Assembly: GCF_001194135.2 (NCBI RefSeq)
Contig: NC_068983.1
Coordinates: 10,711,065-10,746,154 of the forward strand
Length of the DNA stretch: 35,090 nt
Source of the DNA: Octopus bimaculoides
Taxonomy: Eukaryota
Direction: 5' to 3'
In this document: piece after piece, positions 23,855 through 35,013 of the stretch
Numbering within the stretch: the first letter of the stretch is position 1
Layout: each line of letters starts with the position of its first letter
Made by a program: the position numbers and the translations under genes
Notes under the pieces: generated by a model
What the model saw: only the letters and a program-made list of their open reading frames with translations
Database searches by the model: none
Told to the model about the DNA's origin: nothing

Positions 23855-24212
23855 GGTTCAGTCTCAATGCGTGTCACTTTGGACAAGTGTCTTCTACTAT
23901 GGCCAGGGCTGACTAAAGCTTTGTAAGTGGATTTGATAGATGAAAACTGAAAGAAGCCCGTCGTATACATATGTATGTGCATGTGCATGTATCTACCCGT
24001 GTGTTTTTGTGTTTGTGCTGTTTGTCCCCCATCACCACTTGACAACAGAGTTTGTTTACATCCCCGTAACTTAACAGTACAACAAAAAGACTCCGATAGA
24101 ATAAGCACAGGCTTTAAAAAATAGGAAGCACTGCGGTCGATTCGCTCGACTTAACACTTCAAGGCGGTGCCTCAGCAACGATCGCAGTCCAGTAACCGAA
24201 AGAAGTAAAAGA
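23855..24212 (+). mobile_element. SINE family A, lacking the A box
   Basis: ggttcagtctc...aagaagcccgtcgta...ccgatagaataag...gtaaaaga. Confidence 0.88.
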
Positions 24213-24235
24213 CAGTGACTGCAGAATAAGATATT

Positions 24236-24453
24236 GATTTCAAATCTTGGCACAAGGCCAGTAATTCCAGGAGAGGGGATAAGTCCAGTAAATTGACCTC
24301 GGTCCCCTTCAACTGGTACTTATTTTATCGACCCCGAGAGGATGAATGGTAAAGTCGACATTGGCGGAATTTGAACTCAGAACGTAAATACGGACGAAAT
24401 GCCGCTAAGCGTTTCGTGCGGCGATCTACCGATTCTGCTAGCTCCCCGCCTTG
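24236..24453 (-). mobile_element. SINE family D, full length, with a 17-bp TSD
   Basis: Flanked by CTGCAGAATAAGATATT (24219-24235) and CTGCAGAATATGATATT (24454-24470), 16/17 identical; B box GAGTTCAAATTCC. Confidence 0.92.
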
Positions 24454-24670
24454 CTGCAGAATATGATATTAGAGCCCATTTTTTAAAGTAAAAGAATTCA
24501 CTAAAAAAAAAAAAAAAGGAAAATATAAATGGTGGCTTGAACAAGAATACATTGACGAGGTTTCAAATACTGATGGTCAAAAAAGATGTTTAAGAAAAAT
24601 CATGTGTTCAATGCGAATAACATTTTTATCAGAGTTATTTGAACAATTACATAGTTTCTCTAAACACAAT

Positions 24671-25041
24671 TTTTCTTTAATTGTTTCAGCCATTGGACTG
24701 CAGCCATGCTGGGATACAACCATGATGTGTATAGCCGAAGAAATTGACCTCAAAGTCTGGTACTTATTCTAGCGGTCTCTTCTACCGAGCCGCTAGGTCA
24801 CAGGAACGTAGACAAACCAACACCGGTTGTCAAGCGGTGTGCGCGTGAGACAAACACAAATATAAAGACACACATACACACACACACACACACACAAAGT
24901 TTCTGTCTACTAAATTCACTCACAAGACATTAGTTGGCTCGGAGCTACAGTAGAAGACACTTGCTCAGTGTACTGTGCAGTGGGACTGAACCCTAAACCC
25001 GGCAGTTGCTGATCAGAGCTTATTAACTACACAGTCATGTC
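24671..25041 (-). mobile_element. SINE family A, diverged, full length
   Basis: ttgtttcagccattggactgc...(CA)n...cagtgggactgaaccc...actacacagtc. Confidence 0.85.
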
Positions 25042-25163
25042 TGCCCTTACGCAGGGAGATTTTAAAATAACATACAAGACTTCCCAGATAAAAATAAACT
25101 GAGGATAGTATGCCAAGGCTCGAAGAATAAGTTAAGGTACCAAGAAAATAGTAATGTTTACAG

Positions 25164-25495
25164 TTGTGGTCTCCAGACGGAACTAGATATTGCAAAAAAA
25201 AATTATTTCCTGGAGAGGTAACGCTTCCGATAGAAGCCGTTAGATTTATCAGCAATGGTAAGTTTCAGGATGCCATGCCAAAATTGTGGGATGAAATAAA
25301 AATAATGCTTACGATACTTATAACTTTGGCCATAGTTGAGAGAAATTTTAGTAAGATAAAGCAAGCATATATACACATAATTGTGACTGATCATGACTCA
25401 AAATATTAAATTCTTTGGCAATTTTGTCAGAAACTGATATTGAGAAAAGATAGATGTGGAAGGTTCTATTAAAATACTTGCAAGAGAAAGAATGC
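25164..25495 (+). pseudogene. hAT transposase C-terminal dimerisation-domain remnant
   Basis: DAMPKLWDEIKIMLTILITLAIVERNFSKIK then LNSLAILSETDIEK / IDVEGSIKILA; compare hAT PNL..ALRILLTIPVT.ASAERSFSKLK...LNSLAILSIE. Confidence 0.8.
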
Positions 25496-25742
25496 TTTGG
25501 TGATGATGATTTACGTTTTAAAATATAATTTATTTTGTTTGATTCTTTAATTCTTTAATTTATTAGGAGAAAATATGTTATATTTGTAGGAAATTAACGC
25601 CGTCCGTCGGCTTTTTTCATCTCATCCACCAATCTTTTAACAAATGTTTATTGAAAAACGAGAAAAAAAGAAGAAAAGAAAAAATGGTCGAGACCCTTAC
25701 CAATAATGTACATAGTTTATCTGACTCTTTTCTCTCTTTCTT

Positions 25743-25743
<1 letters not shown>

Positions 25744-25807
<64 letters not shown>
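25744..25807. repeat. (CT)n microsatellite into a gap
   Basis: Direct reading. Confidence 0.95.
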
Positions 25808-26639
25808 NNNNNNNNNNNNNNNNNNNNNNNNNNNNNNNNNNNNNNNNNNNNNNNNNNNNNNNNNNNNNNNNNNNNNNNNNNNNNNNNNNNNNNNNNNNNN
25901 NNNNNNNNNNNNNNNNNNNNNNNNNNNNNNNNNNNNNNNNNNNNNNNNNNNNNNNNNNNNNNNNNNNNNNNNNNNNNNNNNNNNNNNNNNNNNNNNNNNN
26001 NNNNNNNNNNNNNNNNNNNNNNNNNNNNNNNNNNNNNNNNNNNNNNNNNNNNNNNNNNNNNNNNNNNNNNNNNNNNNNNNNNNNNNNNNNNNNNNNNNNN
26101 NNNNNNNNNNNNNNNNNNNNNNNNNNNNNNNNNNNNNNNNNNNNNNNNNNNNNNNNNNNNNNNNNNNNNNNNNNNNNNNNNNNNNNNNNNNNNNNNNNNN
26201 NNNNNNNNNNNNNNNNNNNNNNNNNNNNNNNNNNNNNNNNNNNNNNNNNNNNNNNNNNNNNNNNNNNNNNNNNNNNNNNNNNNNNNNNNNNNNNNNNNNN
26301 NNNNNNNNNNNNNNNNNNNNNNNNNNNNNNNNNNNNNNNNNNNNNNNNNNNNNNNNNNNNNNNNNNNNNNNNNNNNNNNNNNNNNNNNNNNNNNNNNNNN
26401 NNNNNNNNNNNNNNNNNNNNNNNNNNNNNNNNNNNNNNNNNNNNNNNNNNNNNNNNNNNNNNNNNNNNNNNNNNNNNNNNNNNNNNNNNNNNNNNNNNNN
26501 NNNNNNNNNNNNNNNNNNNNNNNNNNNNNNNNNNNNNNNNNNNNNNNNNNNNNNCTTACTCAACAAATGATATCCTCCTAACGAGAAGAAACAGCGATAC
26601 AGTTGTAATTTCTGGTTTAAGTGATACCACCTCACTTAC

Positions 26640-27010
26640 ACCACAGCTTGTTTTGAGAAAGGCATGAATACCACACTCACTCATTTTCAACCTCCTCTAA
26701 AAAAATAAGAACTATTATTACTACATAGCAAAATAGAACAAAAATAATCTATATGATAATGCGCGTGAGTAATGATGCATCTCATATGTAACTGGTTATA
26801 TATATTTGTCAATCTGACGAAACCAGGTGTTGCATGTAACCAGATGAGATTCCTGGCATAGCATAAGCAGTAGTAAGCTGCTGTCAGTATAATCACATGT
26901 GATGGATCTCTCCATATAGCGAAAGTACGGCTGGTATACATATTGATGTACGATTTTGTCGACTCCGTTGATAAGCCCGTATAAAACCACTGCCAACGAA
27001 GTAGACACAT
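26640..27010 (-). pseudogene. LINE (RTE-like) apurinic-endonuclease domain remnant
   Basis: LLLMLCQESHLVTCNTWFRQIDKYI (26861-26814 core) and HYHIDYF (26761-26741) match APE motifs FC..N.LV.CNTWF and QIDY. Confidence 0.68.
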
Positions 27011-27526
27011 CGCTCTCATAAACAAGAATTCAGTGTAAAATATACTCGCTGATACACACTGTCATTTATTGACAGATGAATTAGTCTCTCATGATGTCAT
27101 AATAATGTTAAGAAATATTTTTTCAACGAGAACGTATTTAATCATAAATTCCACAGCAAATTTATGGTGTTCATCCGTAATTTTCCCGACCTGTTCCAAT
27201 TAACTCCTCATTAATTATGGCATGACAATGGTAACAGTTGTGTCAAGATTAGTTCTATGACGATGCAAAGTAATTAGAATAAGAAGATGCAAGCCTGCTA
27301 ACTAAAGAAACTTCATCAATTATTCAACATCACCCTTTGCTGCTGCTGCTTAACTTAAGTCAGCTCTGGTGCTAAAGACCTATGATAAAAGGCGCTCAAG
27401 CCATGAACATTAATCCCTTTTTTTTTTTCAGATAAAGCGTACCCGCGATGAACGTTATAATGTGTCTATTTAAGACGGTAGAGAATAGTTTGAGGAACAC
27501 CTGTTGCTTTTTTAAAAATTAAGATA

Positions 27527-27922
27527 GGTACAGGCGTGGCTGTGTGGTAAGAAGCTTGTTTCCCCAACCACATGGCTCCGGGTTCAGTCCCACTGCGTGG
27601 CACCTTGGGTAAGCCTTTTGCTATAGATTCGGGCCGACCAAAGCCTTGTGAGTGGATTTGGTAGACGGAAACTGAAAGAAGCCCATCGTGTGTGTGTCTT
27701 TACGCCTATATTTGTCCACTATCCCCTTCCCTTGCACCGCTTGACAACTACTGCTAGTTTGATTACACCCACGTAACTTAGCGGTTCGGCAGAAATAGAA
27801 AGATAGAATAAATACCAGGCTTTAAAAACGTATCGGGGTCAATTCGTTCGACTAAAAGTTCTTCAAGGCGGTAACCCAGCATGGCCACAGTCTAATGACA
27901 GAAACAGATAAAAGATAAGAGA
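27527..27922 (+). mobile_element. SINE family A, full length
   Basis: ggtacaggcgtggctgtgtggtaag head, B-box-like GGTTCAGTCCC, (GATAAAA)-type tail. Confidence 0.92.
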
Positions 27923-28178
27923 TACCGTAGTCATTTAGGCAGATCAAAGTAGAGGAAGTTGTTTCTATAATCATTTTCTACTTCCCTCTCACTGAACGAT
28001 TACACAAGTTATTCATAGTAGAGAGACATTCAATATATTGCTACCGAATTTTACTGTTATTTTAGCTTAATAAGGAAATGAACAAAGGCTCCAGCAATTT
28101 TCATGCAAGTTTTGTCTTCCAAATTCTGCTTGGTTATAAAATTTGTATGTTTTATGCATTGTACAATGACCAAGGTGT

Positions 28179-28522
28179 GGAGGCGCAATGGCAGCGGACT
28201 CGCGGTCATAGGATCGCGGTTTCGATTCCCAGACCGAGCGTTGTGAGTGTTTATTGAGCGAAAACACCTAAAGCTCCACGAGGCTCCGGCATGGGATGGT
28301 GGCGAACCCTGCTGTACTCTTTCACCACAACTTTTTCTCACTCTTACTTCCTGTTTCTCTTGTGCCTGTAATTCAAAGGGTCAGCCTTGTCACACTGTAT
28401 CACGCTGAATATCCCCGAGAACTACGTTAAGAGTACACGTGTCTGTGGAGTGCTCAGTCACTTGCACGTTAATTTCACGAGCAGGCTGTTCTGTTGATCG
28501 GATCAACCGGAACCCTCGACGA
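28179..28522 (+). mobile_element. SINE family C with tRNA-like head
   Basis: ggaggcgcaatggcagcgg head with a short A box, B box GGTTTCGATTCCC, CT-rich middle and the B/C shared tail. Confidence 0.92.
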
Positions 28523-28631
28523 TGACCAAGAAAAGAAATGAAAGACTATCCACAGATACGAATGTGGGAACAGGATTATAGAATAGTAAGCTGTGTTTCT
28601 CTTTATGTGTTTTATAATGAGTTGCATATAT

Positions 28632-28779
28632 GGGTGCAGACATGTCTATGTGGTTAAAAAGTTTGTTTAGCGACTACATGGTACAGAGTTCAATCTCACT
28701 GCGCGGCGCTTTGAGCGAGTATTTTCTATAGGTTCTGGTTGACCAACGTCTTGTGAATGAAATTTCGGAAACGGAAACT
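28632..28779 (+). mobile_element. Degraded SINE family A, 5' half
   Basis: gtggttaaaaagtttg...gagttcaatctcactgcg...acggaaact, then (TG)n. Confidence 0.75.
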
Positions 28780-28912
28780 CTATGCGTGTGTGTGTGTGTG
28801 TTTGTATGTCTGTGCTTCTATATATATGCGCGCACACACGCATACACATATTCATAAATACACCAATATATCTTAAAGTAAATTGGAATTTAAGGTAATG
28901 TTAAAATTTATA

Positions 28913-28944
<32 letters not shown>

Positions 28945-29110
28945 GTATATAAGTTCAGCAAAAATTTAGATTCAGATGAATATGGTTATTATATCAGGAA
29001 GGGCAACAATGTTCTTTGCCTATCTCCTTAACTTCTTGGAGATTTTAGGCAAAATTATACAAATGTGTCCATCTGTTTTAATTTAATTAAATTCTATGTC
29101 TTTGTGCAGC

Positions 29111-29151
29111 CGAGGACGTAAACAGACCAGCACTGGAAGTCAAGCGATGGT

Positions 29152-29193
<42 letters not shown>

Positions 29194-29363
29194 AACACAC
29201 ACACGGCTGGCGTCTTTCAGTTTCCGCCTACTAAATCCACTTACAATGCTTTGATCGACTCAAGGCTATAGTGGAAAATACTTGCACAAGGTGCCACGCA
29301 GTGGGACTGAACCCCCCACATCACGTGATTGGAAAGCAAGCGTCTCACCACGCAGCTTCACCC
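29111..29363 (-). mobile_element. SINE family A, 3'-truncated, with expanded internal (CA)n
   Basis: ggacgtaaaca...(CA)n...ttcagtttccgcctactaaatccac...gcagtgggactgaacc. Confidence 0.85.
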
Positions 29364-29820
29364 GTTTAAGAAAAATTTTTCATCTCTAGAGATGAGGTAA
29401 ATAATCTGAAAAAAGATATTTGCGTCTTAAGACCATTATTAGTTCATTCTCCATCACACCGAAGAAAGACAAGCCTTCTCTTTTTTTATTATAAAACAAT
29501 AGAATATGAATTGAGAAAGATTGGATGGTTATTTCTAGCAAGTACAACAACCACGTCGAGAAACTTTCCTTTTTGCTTTTTCGCCGCACACATATGGGAA
29601 ATAATTGTAGTACGACTCACATCTACCATTCCTCTGTTAATCTTCTCTCACCGCCACTTACCTGCTGCCTTTCCATTTCGTCACTGCCAACATCCGCATC
29701 CTTATCTAATGATGTTCACCTGATTGTTTACTCAATTACCGTCTTATATAGTCCCTACACAGAGAAATATCTTTTGCCTTCTCCCGCTCTCATATAGTAT
29801 AACGATTATACAAACTTGTA

Positions 29821-29867
29821 TGAATGTGTGTGTCTGTGTTTCTGTGCATGTGTGTGTGTGTGTGTGT

Positions 29868-29906
<39 letters not shown>

Positions 29907-30062
29907 AGTGTGTGTGTGTGTGAGTGTGTGTGAGTGTGTTTATAACGCCATGGAATAAGAACCGGGACATTCCAACTGAAATACGCTACCGATAACTTAA
30001 GGCTCACTTCTCTCTCTCTCTCCGTCTCCCTATCTCCCTCCCTTTCCACACACACACACACA

Positions 30063-30154
<92 letters not shown>

Positions 30155-30189
30155 CTCCCTATCTCCCTCCCTTTCCACACGCACACACA

Positions 30190-30224
<35 letters not shown>

Positions 30225-30418
30225 TCACACACACGCACACAATGTACATTTGGCGGTGACCAGAGTTCAATCAGTGGAACCCGTGAAGCAAAAAGTAGTA
30301 CATTAATATACATCTATGTATGTATGTGTGCATATATGTATGGATGTATGTACGTACATATGTATGTACATATACACACCTGCATACATATATAAGTGTG
30401 TGTACGTGTGTATGAGTG

Positions 30419-30450
<32 letters not shown>

Positions 30451-30477
30451 CATACATACATACATACATACATACAT
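29821..30477. repeat. Compound (TG)n/(CT)n/(CA)n/(TACA)n field with a duplicated 30-bp anchor (period 129)
   Basis: CCGTCTCCCTATCTCCCTCCCTTTCCACAC at 30022 and 30151. Confidence 0.93.
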
Positions 30478-30644
30478 CTGCGCATCGTATTCAGATGAAA
30501 AACGAAGAGAAATGTTCGTGGTTTCAGGTGAGTTCAATATGGGTGAGTTTCAAGCGAGGGAGGTTGATGCTGTGGTACAGGAAGCACGCGCTGGCGGCAC
30601 TGCAGACCAGGATGGTCTATCAAACAAGCCTGTTAAATATTGTC

Positions 30645-31031
30645 CGCAGGAGTGGCTGTGTGGTAAGTAGCTTGCTTACCAACCACATGGTTCCGGGTTC
30701 AGTCCCACTGCGTGGCACCTTGGGCAAGTGTCTTCTACCATAGCCTCGGGCCGACCAAAGCCTTGTGAGTGGATTTGGTAGACGGAAACTGAAAGAAGCC
30801 CGTCGTATATATGTATGTGTGTTTGTGTGTCTGTGTTTATCCCCCCAACATCGCTTGACAACCGATGCTGGTGTGTTTACGTCCCCGTAACCTAGCGGTT
30901 CGGCAAAAGAAACCGATAGAATAAGTACTAGGCTTACAAAGAATAAGTCCTGGGGTCGATTTGCTTGACTAAGGGCGGTGCTCCAGCATGGCCACAGTTA
31001 AATGACTGAAACAAGTAAAAGAGTAAAAGAG
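30645..31031 (+). mobile_element. SINE family A, full length, young, inserted in the Hero-like element
   Basis: Intact TGGCTGTGTGG and GGTTCAGTCCC boxes and gtaaaagagtaaaagag tail; the Hero frame resumes after it (KYCP | RIKKSLW). Confidence 0.95.
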
Positions 31032-31170
31032 GATAAAGAAGAGTTTGTGGTAGATTCTCAAGGTGTTGTCGAGGAAACGATTTTTACCAGTTTGTTGATG
31101 TGTTTCGAGAGGAGTGTGCATTCCAAAGGAAAAGGATGCTACACTGATTAGTCAGTTCCGACCAATATTG

Positions 31171-31394
31171 GTTTCAAATTTTGGCACAAGGCCAGCGGAT
31201 TTGAGATGGGGGTGGGGGTGTATAAGTCGATCCCATCGACCCCAGTATTCATCTGGTACATATTTTATCAACCCTGAAAGGATGAAAGGCAAAGACGATC
31301 TCGGTGGAATTTGAACTCGGAATCTAAAGACAAACGAAATGCTGCTAAGCATTTTTCCCGGCGTGTTAACGACTCTGCCAGTTCGCCGCCTCCA
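31171..31394 (-). mobile_element. SINE family D, full length, with 8-bp TSD CAATATTG
   Basis: TSD at 31163-31170 and 31395-31402; head ggcggcgaactggcagagtcgtt. Confidence 0.92.
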
Positions 31395-33150
31395 CAATAT
31401 TGATAGGAATGTCTTAGTGAGTGTATTGGCACGAAGTGCGATGGATTTTGTCATGAAGAACATATTTGTGATAGATCCGTTCACACAATGTGGGAAACCA
31501 TTCAGTGATGTAAGAAACGCAAGGGAATGTCGATGCCATTTGTACAACTCAGTCAATGAACGTGGGTCGTTTCTCCATGGCTACATGCAGTTTACAAAGA
31601 ATATGATGCAGAACTACTTGGAGCAGTTCAGAATGAGATTTTAGACAAACTTGTATACAACGGAATGGCAGTTCTTGTCGATGTAGGTCCCTATGGGGAA
31701 GGAGATTTTGCGGTGGGTTGCTATTGAAGGATTACCACTTGTGGAGGGAGTTATGATGTCACCAACGAAAGTTTTCGTGGATTATTTGATAACTGTGTGA
31801 AACTTAGAAGAGCAGGTTTGATAAAGGTTTAGCGGGGTGATTTCATAGATTGGGATGAAGTTTCAGGCAAGGGTGATGAGGAGTGAGCTCCCAGGGGAGG
31901 AAAAAAAAAGGGAAAACAGTTTCAGATAACTGGAGGAGACATTCAACATGTTTCAGAAGAGGGAACCTGAAATGTTAGTACGGGGTCGATCTGAATGAAA
32001 GTACGGAGTAAAGATCCAGGACAAACGAACAGAAGTCTCGAACAGATTAATGGGACATCGATTTCTGGAAAGGCAAAGCTGTGGTGCTGACAGTATGGGT
32101 TAATATCAAGAGTTGTGTGCAAGGCAGTAGTTATAAGGGTTGAACGCATGCAGCAAAGGATGAATATTTAATACCGGACATGGTTGGGTGTGTTAAGTAT
32201 GTTGTCCGATGTAGCTCTGTTTGGCCGTTTGGAGAAATTGCGGCTGCTATTGAAATTGGTGATCGAAGAATTGAAAGCGGGCAAGATGTGCTTGGGTATG
32301 ATGATAAAAGAGCCCGGGGGATGCTAAAACAAGACCTCCAATTTGTATTGAATGCAAATGGAAGGCGGAAAATTGCAGACAAAGCTACTGCACATGGGAA
32401 ATGGAAGAAAATTTGGGATACGGCGCAAAGTGACGGAAGAGGTGTGGAGTTCGGTACGTAGGGTCAGGAGGACAAGGAGAACGTGGTGGTCAGAGTAAAG
32501 GCGGAAAATGTAGGGTTACAAAGGCAGCACACCAGGGAGTTCACTGCGCAGGCATACAAAAGAACGAAGTGATATCAGAAAAATATTTTTCCGATATCAA
32601 AAGAACTAATTCAGTTTGTAATTGGTGCCGTATTTGAATTTTAAGAGATGATGATGGTGGTGGTGGTGGGGAGTAATCAAAATGAAATATGCGAATTCTG
32701 CAAAAAGTAAAGCATGTCGCTGGAACACGTGTTATCTTGCAGCAGAGCTCTTCTTTCGGCCTATACTTAGATTTACAAACCAGTAGTCCAGTAAGTAGCT
32801 CGCAGAGATTATTCGAAAATTGGTGCAAATGAGGCAGGATAAAAAAAATAAAAAAAGAAACTCACAACAGACGGATGGCAAAACATTTGTGGAGGAGGGC
32901 CAAAACAAAATAAGCAGAAAGAATACGCTCTCTTTCGGTGTATGTGATGTGTTAACAGCGGTAGAAGAATTAGAGGTGTTAGTGAAGGAGGAAGGGAAGC
33001 AGACGATGCCAGCAAAAATGGTCAGTGTGACCGTGAAACCCGATCTGATTCTTGTGTCAAAGGTGGCCCATCATGTAGTTATCATGGAGTTGTTTGTGCC
33101 GTAGGAGATAAGAATGGAGGAAGCAAGAATGAGAGTGAGTGAGTGACAGA

Positions 33151-33480
33151 GGGAGGAGCACTCCGTCGGTTACGACGGCGAGGGTCCCAGCTGATACGAT
33201 CAACGGAACAGCTTGCTCGTGAAATTAATGTGCAAGTGGTTGAGCACTCCACAGACACATGTACCCCCGACGTAGTTCTCAGGGAGACTCAGCATGACAC
33301 ATAGCGTGACAAGGCCGGCCCTTTGAAATACAGGTACTACTCATTTTTGCCAGCTGAGTGGACTGGAGCAACGTGAAATAAAGTGTCTTGCTCAAGGACA
33401 CAACGCGTCACCGGGAATCGAACTCACGACATTGCGATCATGAGTCGAATGCCCTAACCACTAAGCTACGCGCCTTCACT
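33151..33480 (-). mobile_element. SINE family B, full length, with TSD GTGACAGA
   Basis: tRNA-like head GGCGCGTAGCTTAGTGGTTAGGGC...GAGTTCGATTCCCGG (33474-33411); TSD at 33143-33150 and 33481-33488. Confidence 0.95.
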
Positions 33481-34055
33481 GTGACAGAAGGAAAGAGAAA
33501 AAATAAAGAGAGAGAGGGAGAGGTGGGAAAGTCTGCATAGTTGCTACAAGTGTGCAGGGAAAATAGATGGAGGGAGAGCTGTGGAGGTGGGGATGGTATG
33601 CAGGGACTTTGCAGAGATCACCGTTTTGAGGTGGATTAGGGCCTTGCATGTGGTTCGATGTGAGTCACAGGGGTGGACAAGACAAATGACTCATGTTTGA
33701 TGCGTAGAAATTAGAACACTGAGGTATCAATTCGGGCATCTCAATGCTGTACAGGCCGGCCAGACGGATATAAACAGTACCTTAAGTGACTGAAATATTG
33801 ATGAGGTCTTGTGTTACGTTGGCGATCCTCTGGGGTTGGTCACAAAAGCCTACGCAGTTGACGTTTTATTTATAGAGACAAAAACTAAATATTTTGCCGA
33901 TATAACGAAAATATTTCTTCATGTACGATTTTAGCAACGGTCTTCATGAATGGAAAGAATTCAAGTTTCAGAGCGATAAGATATAAATATATAAAAATAG
34001 CTTTGACAGTGTGACCTGTGAAAAATAAATCAGAATACACTCATTAAAATAAGTG

Positions 34056-34073
34056 ACACACACACACACACAC

Positions 34074-34159
<86 letters not shown>

Positions 34160-34185
34160 TACACACACACACACATTACATATAT
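34056..34185. repeat. (CA)n-(TA)n-(CA)n compound microsatellite
   Basis: Direct reading. Confidence 0.95.
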
Positions 34186-34326
34186 ATCGCTTAGGCATTG
34201 CAATACTAATGACCTGCTGTAGATCTCAATATACATATGCTTCAGAACGAAGCGTTAGTCAAGTTCAGAGCGGTAATAAGAAAATGAGATGACAAAGGAA
34301 TAAGCGATTATCTTATGAACTTCATT

Positions 34327-34407
34327 AGCTAACAGCTGTTTCTGCTACAAGATGCAGTGGATTCATAGCTGAGTGCCTGAGTAACAGCTTATAGCTTCAT
34401 CGGAGCC
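34327..34407 (-). ncRNA. Hammerhead-like motif with a large stem II loop (Penelope-type, degenerate)
   Basis: Minus strand: GGCT-CCGATGA-a-GCTATAAG[36 nt]CTTGTAGC-a-GAAA-C agct G-TT/AGCT. 8-bp stem II, palindromic AGCT loop, 4-bp stem I; core U4->C, GUU triplet. Confidence 0.6.
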
Positions 34408-34445
34408 TCTCTATATACGAAAACTAAGGACAAATTTTATTTTCA

Positions 34446-34660
34446 AGTTCCTACGCGCGTATCACCATTATGGCTGTTTGGAGCCTTACAATAGAAGTTC
34501 CAAATGTATATAGATGCTCAGCCATAACGTATCCTCAGGGAACTCTTTATTGTACCAAGTTACAGATAACTATGACATAGTTCCTAATATGTCTATTTGC
34601 ATTTGGAACACGTACCGCAAGACACAAAACAACCATAATGGTGAAACGCGCGTAGAAACT
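34446..34660. mobile_element. Kolobok-like MITE, 215 bp
   Basis: 34-bp TIRs (31/34) beginning AG and ending CT; TTAA on the right (34661-34664), TTCA on the left; weaker inverted similarity continues to ~75 bp. Confidence 0.6.
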
Positions 34661-34935
34661 TTAATGTAAACATGTGTTTAACCTTATTTTTACCACATTT
34701 GCTCTGCAGCTTGTAATACTACTAAGTATAGAAGTTACTTAACAACTACCCAGAAAACAGACTGGGTTATGGAAATCTACGCGGAGCGATAAACATAACA
34801 GTGCCAGTTGTCCATCTACTTGCACACACAATTTCCACTGTACGTACATACATACACACACAATTGCTAAATGTCCTGTAAATTTGAAATCTTAATTGTT
34901 GATATGACATGGTATGTCATAAGTGTCTGCATATT

Positions 34936-35013
34936 GAGTTTTCTCTCTTCAGTCGAGAATAACCAGCCGAAATTGCAAAGATAATCCGGATCTCGACTGA
35001 AGAGAGAAAACTC
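34936..35013. repeat. Perfect 23-bp inverted repeat with 32-nt spacer
   Basis: GAGTTTTCTCTCTTCAGTCGAGA / TCTCGACTGAAGAGAGAAAACTC. Confidence 0.95.

Larger units (their letters stand above)
30482..33650 (+). pseudogene. Decayed Hero-like RT-RLE non-LTR retrotransposon interrupted by three SINEs
   Basis: Ordered motifs: EFNM..AREVDAVVQEARAGG..KYCP (30530-30646); CIPKEKDATLISQFRPI (~31117-31168); VLARSAMDFVMKN..NYLEQFRMRF; GVMMSPTKVFVDYLITV (RT YxDD position, 31747-31797); WLGVLSMLSDVALFGRLEKLRL..EELKAGK (32181-32285); CEFC..SLEHVLSC (32690-32740); KPDLILVSK..IMELFVP*DKRMEEA (33036-33126); VCRENRWR/VEVG..CRDFA after the last SINE. Confidence 0.85.

Noticed and set aside
26814-26830. CTGACGAAAC hammerhead-like words
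   Set aside because: No stem II; it is the antisense of the LINE endonuclease motif WFRQ.
33411-33474. tRNA gene candidates (also 28179-28232 and 30645-30710)
   Set aside because: They have A/B boxes but no complete cloverleaf, and each continues into multicopy SINE bodies with tails or TSDs.
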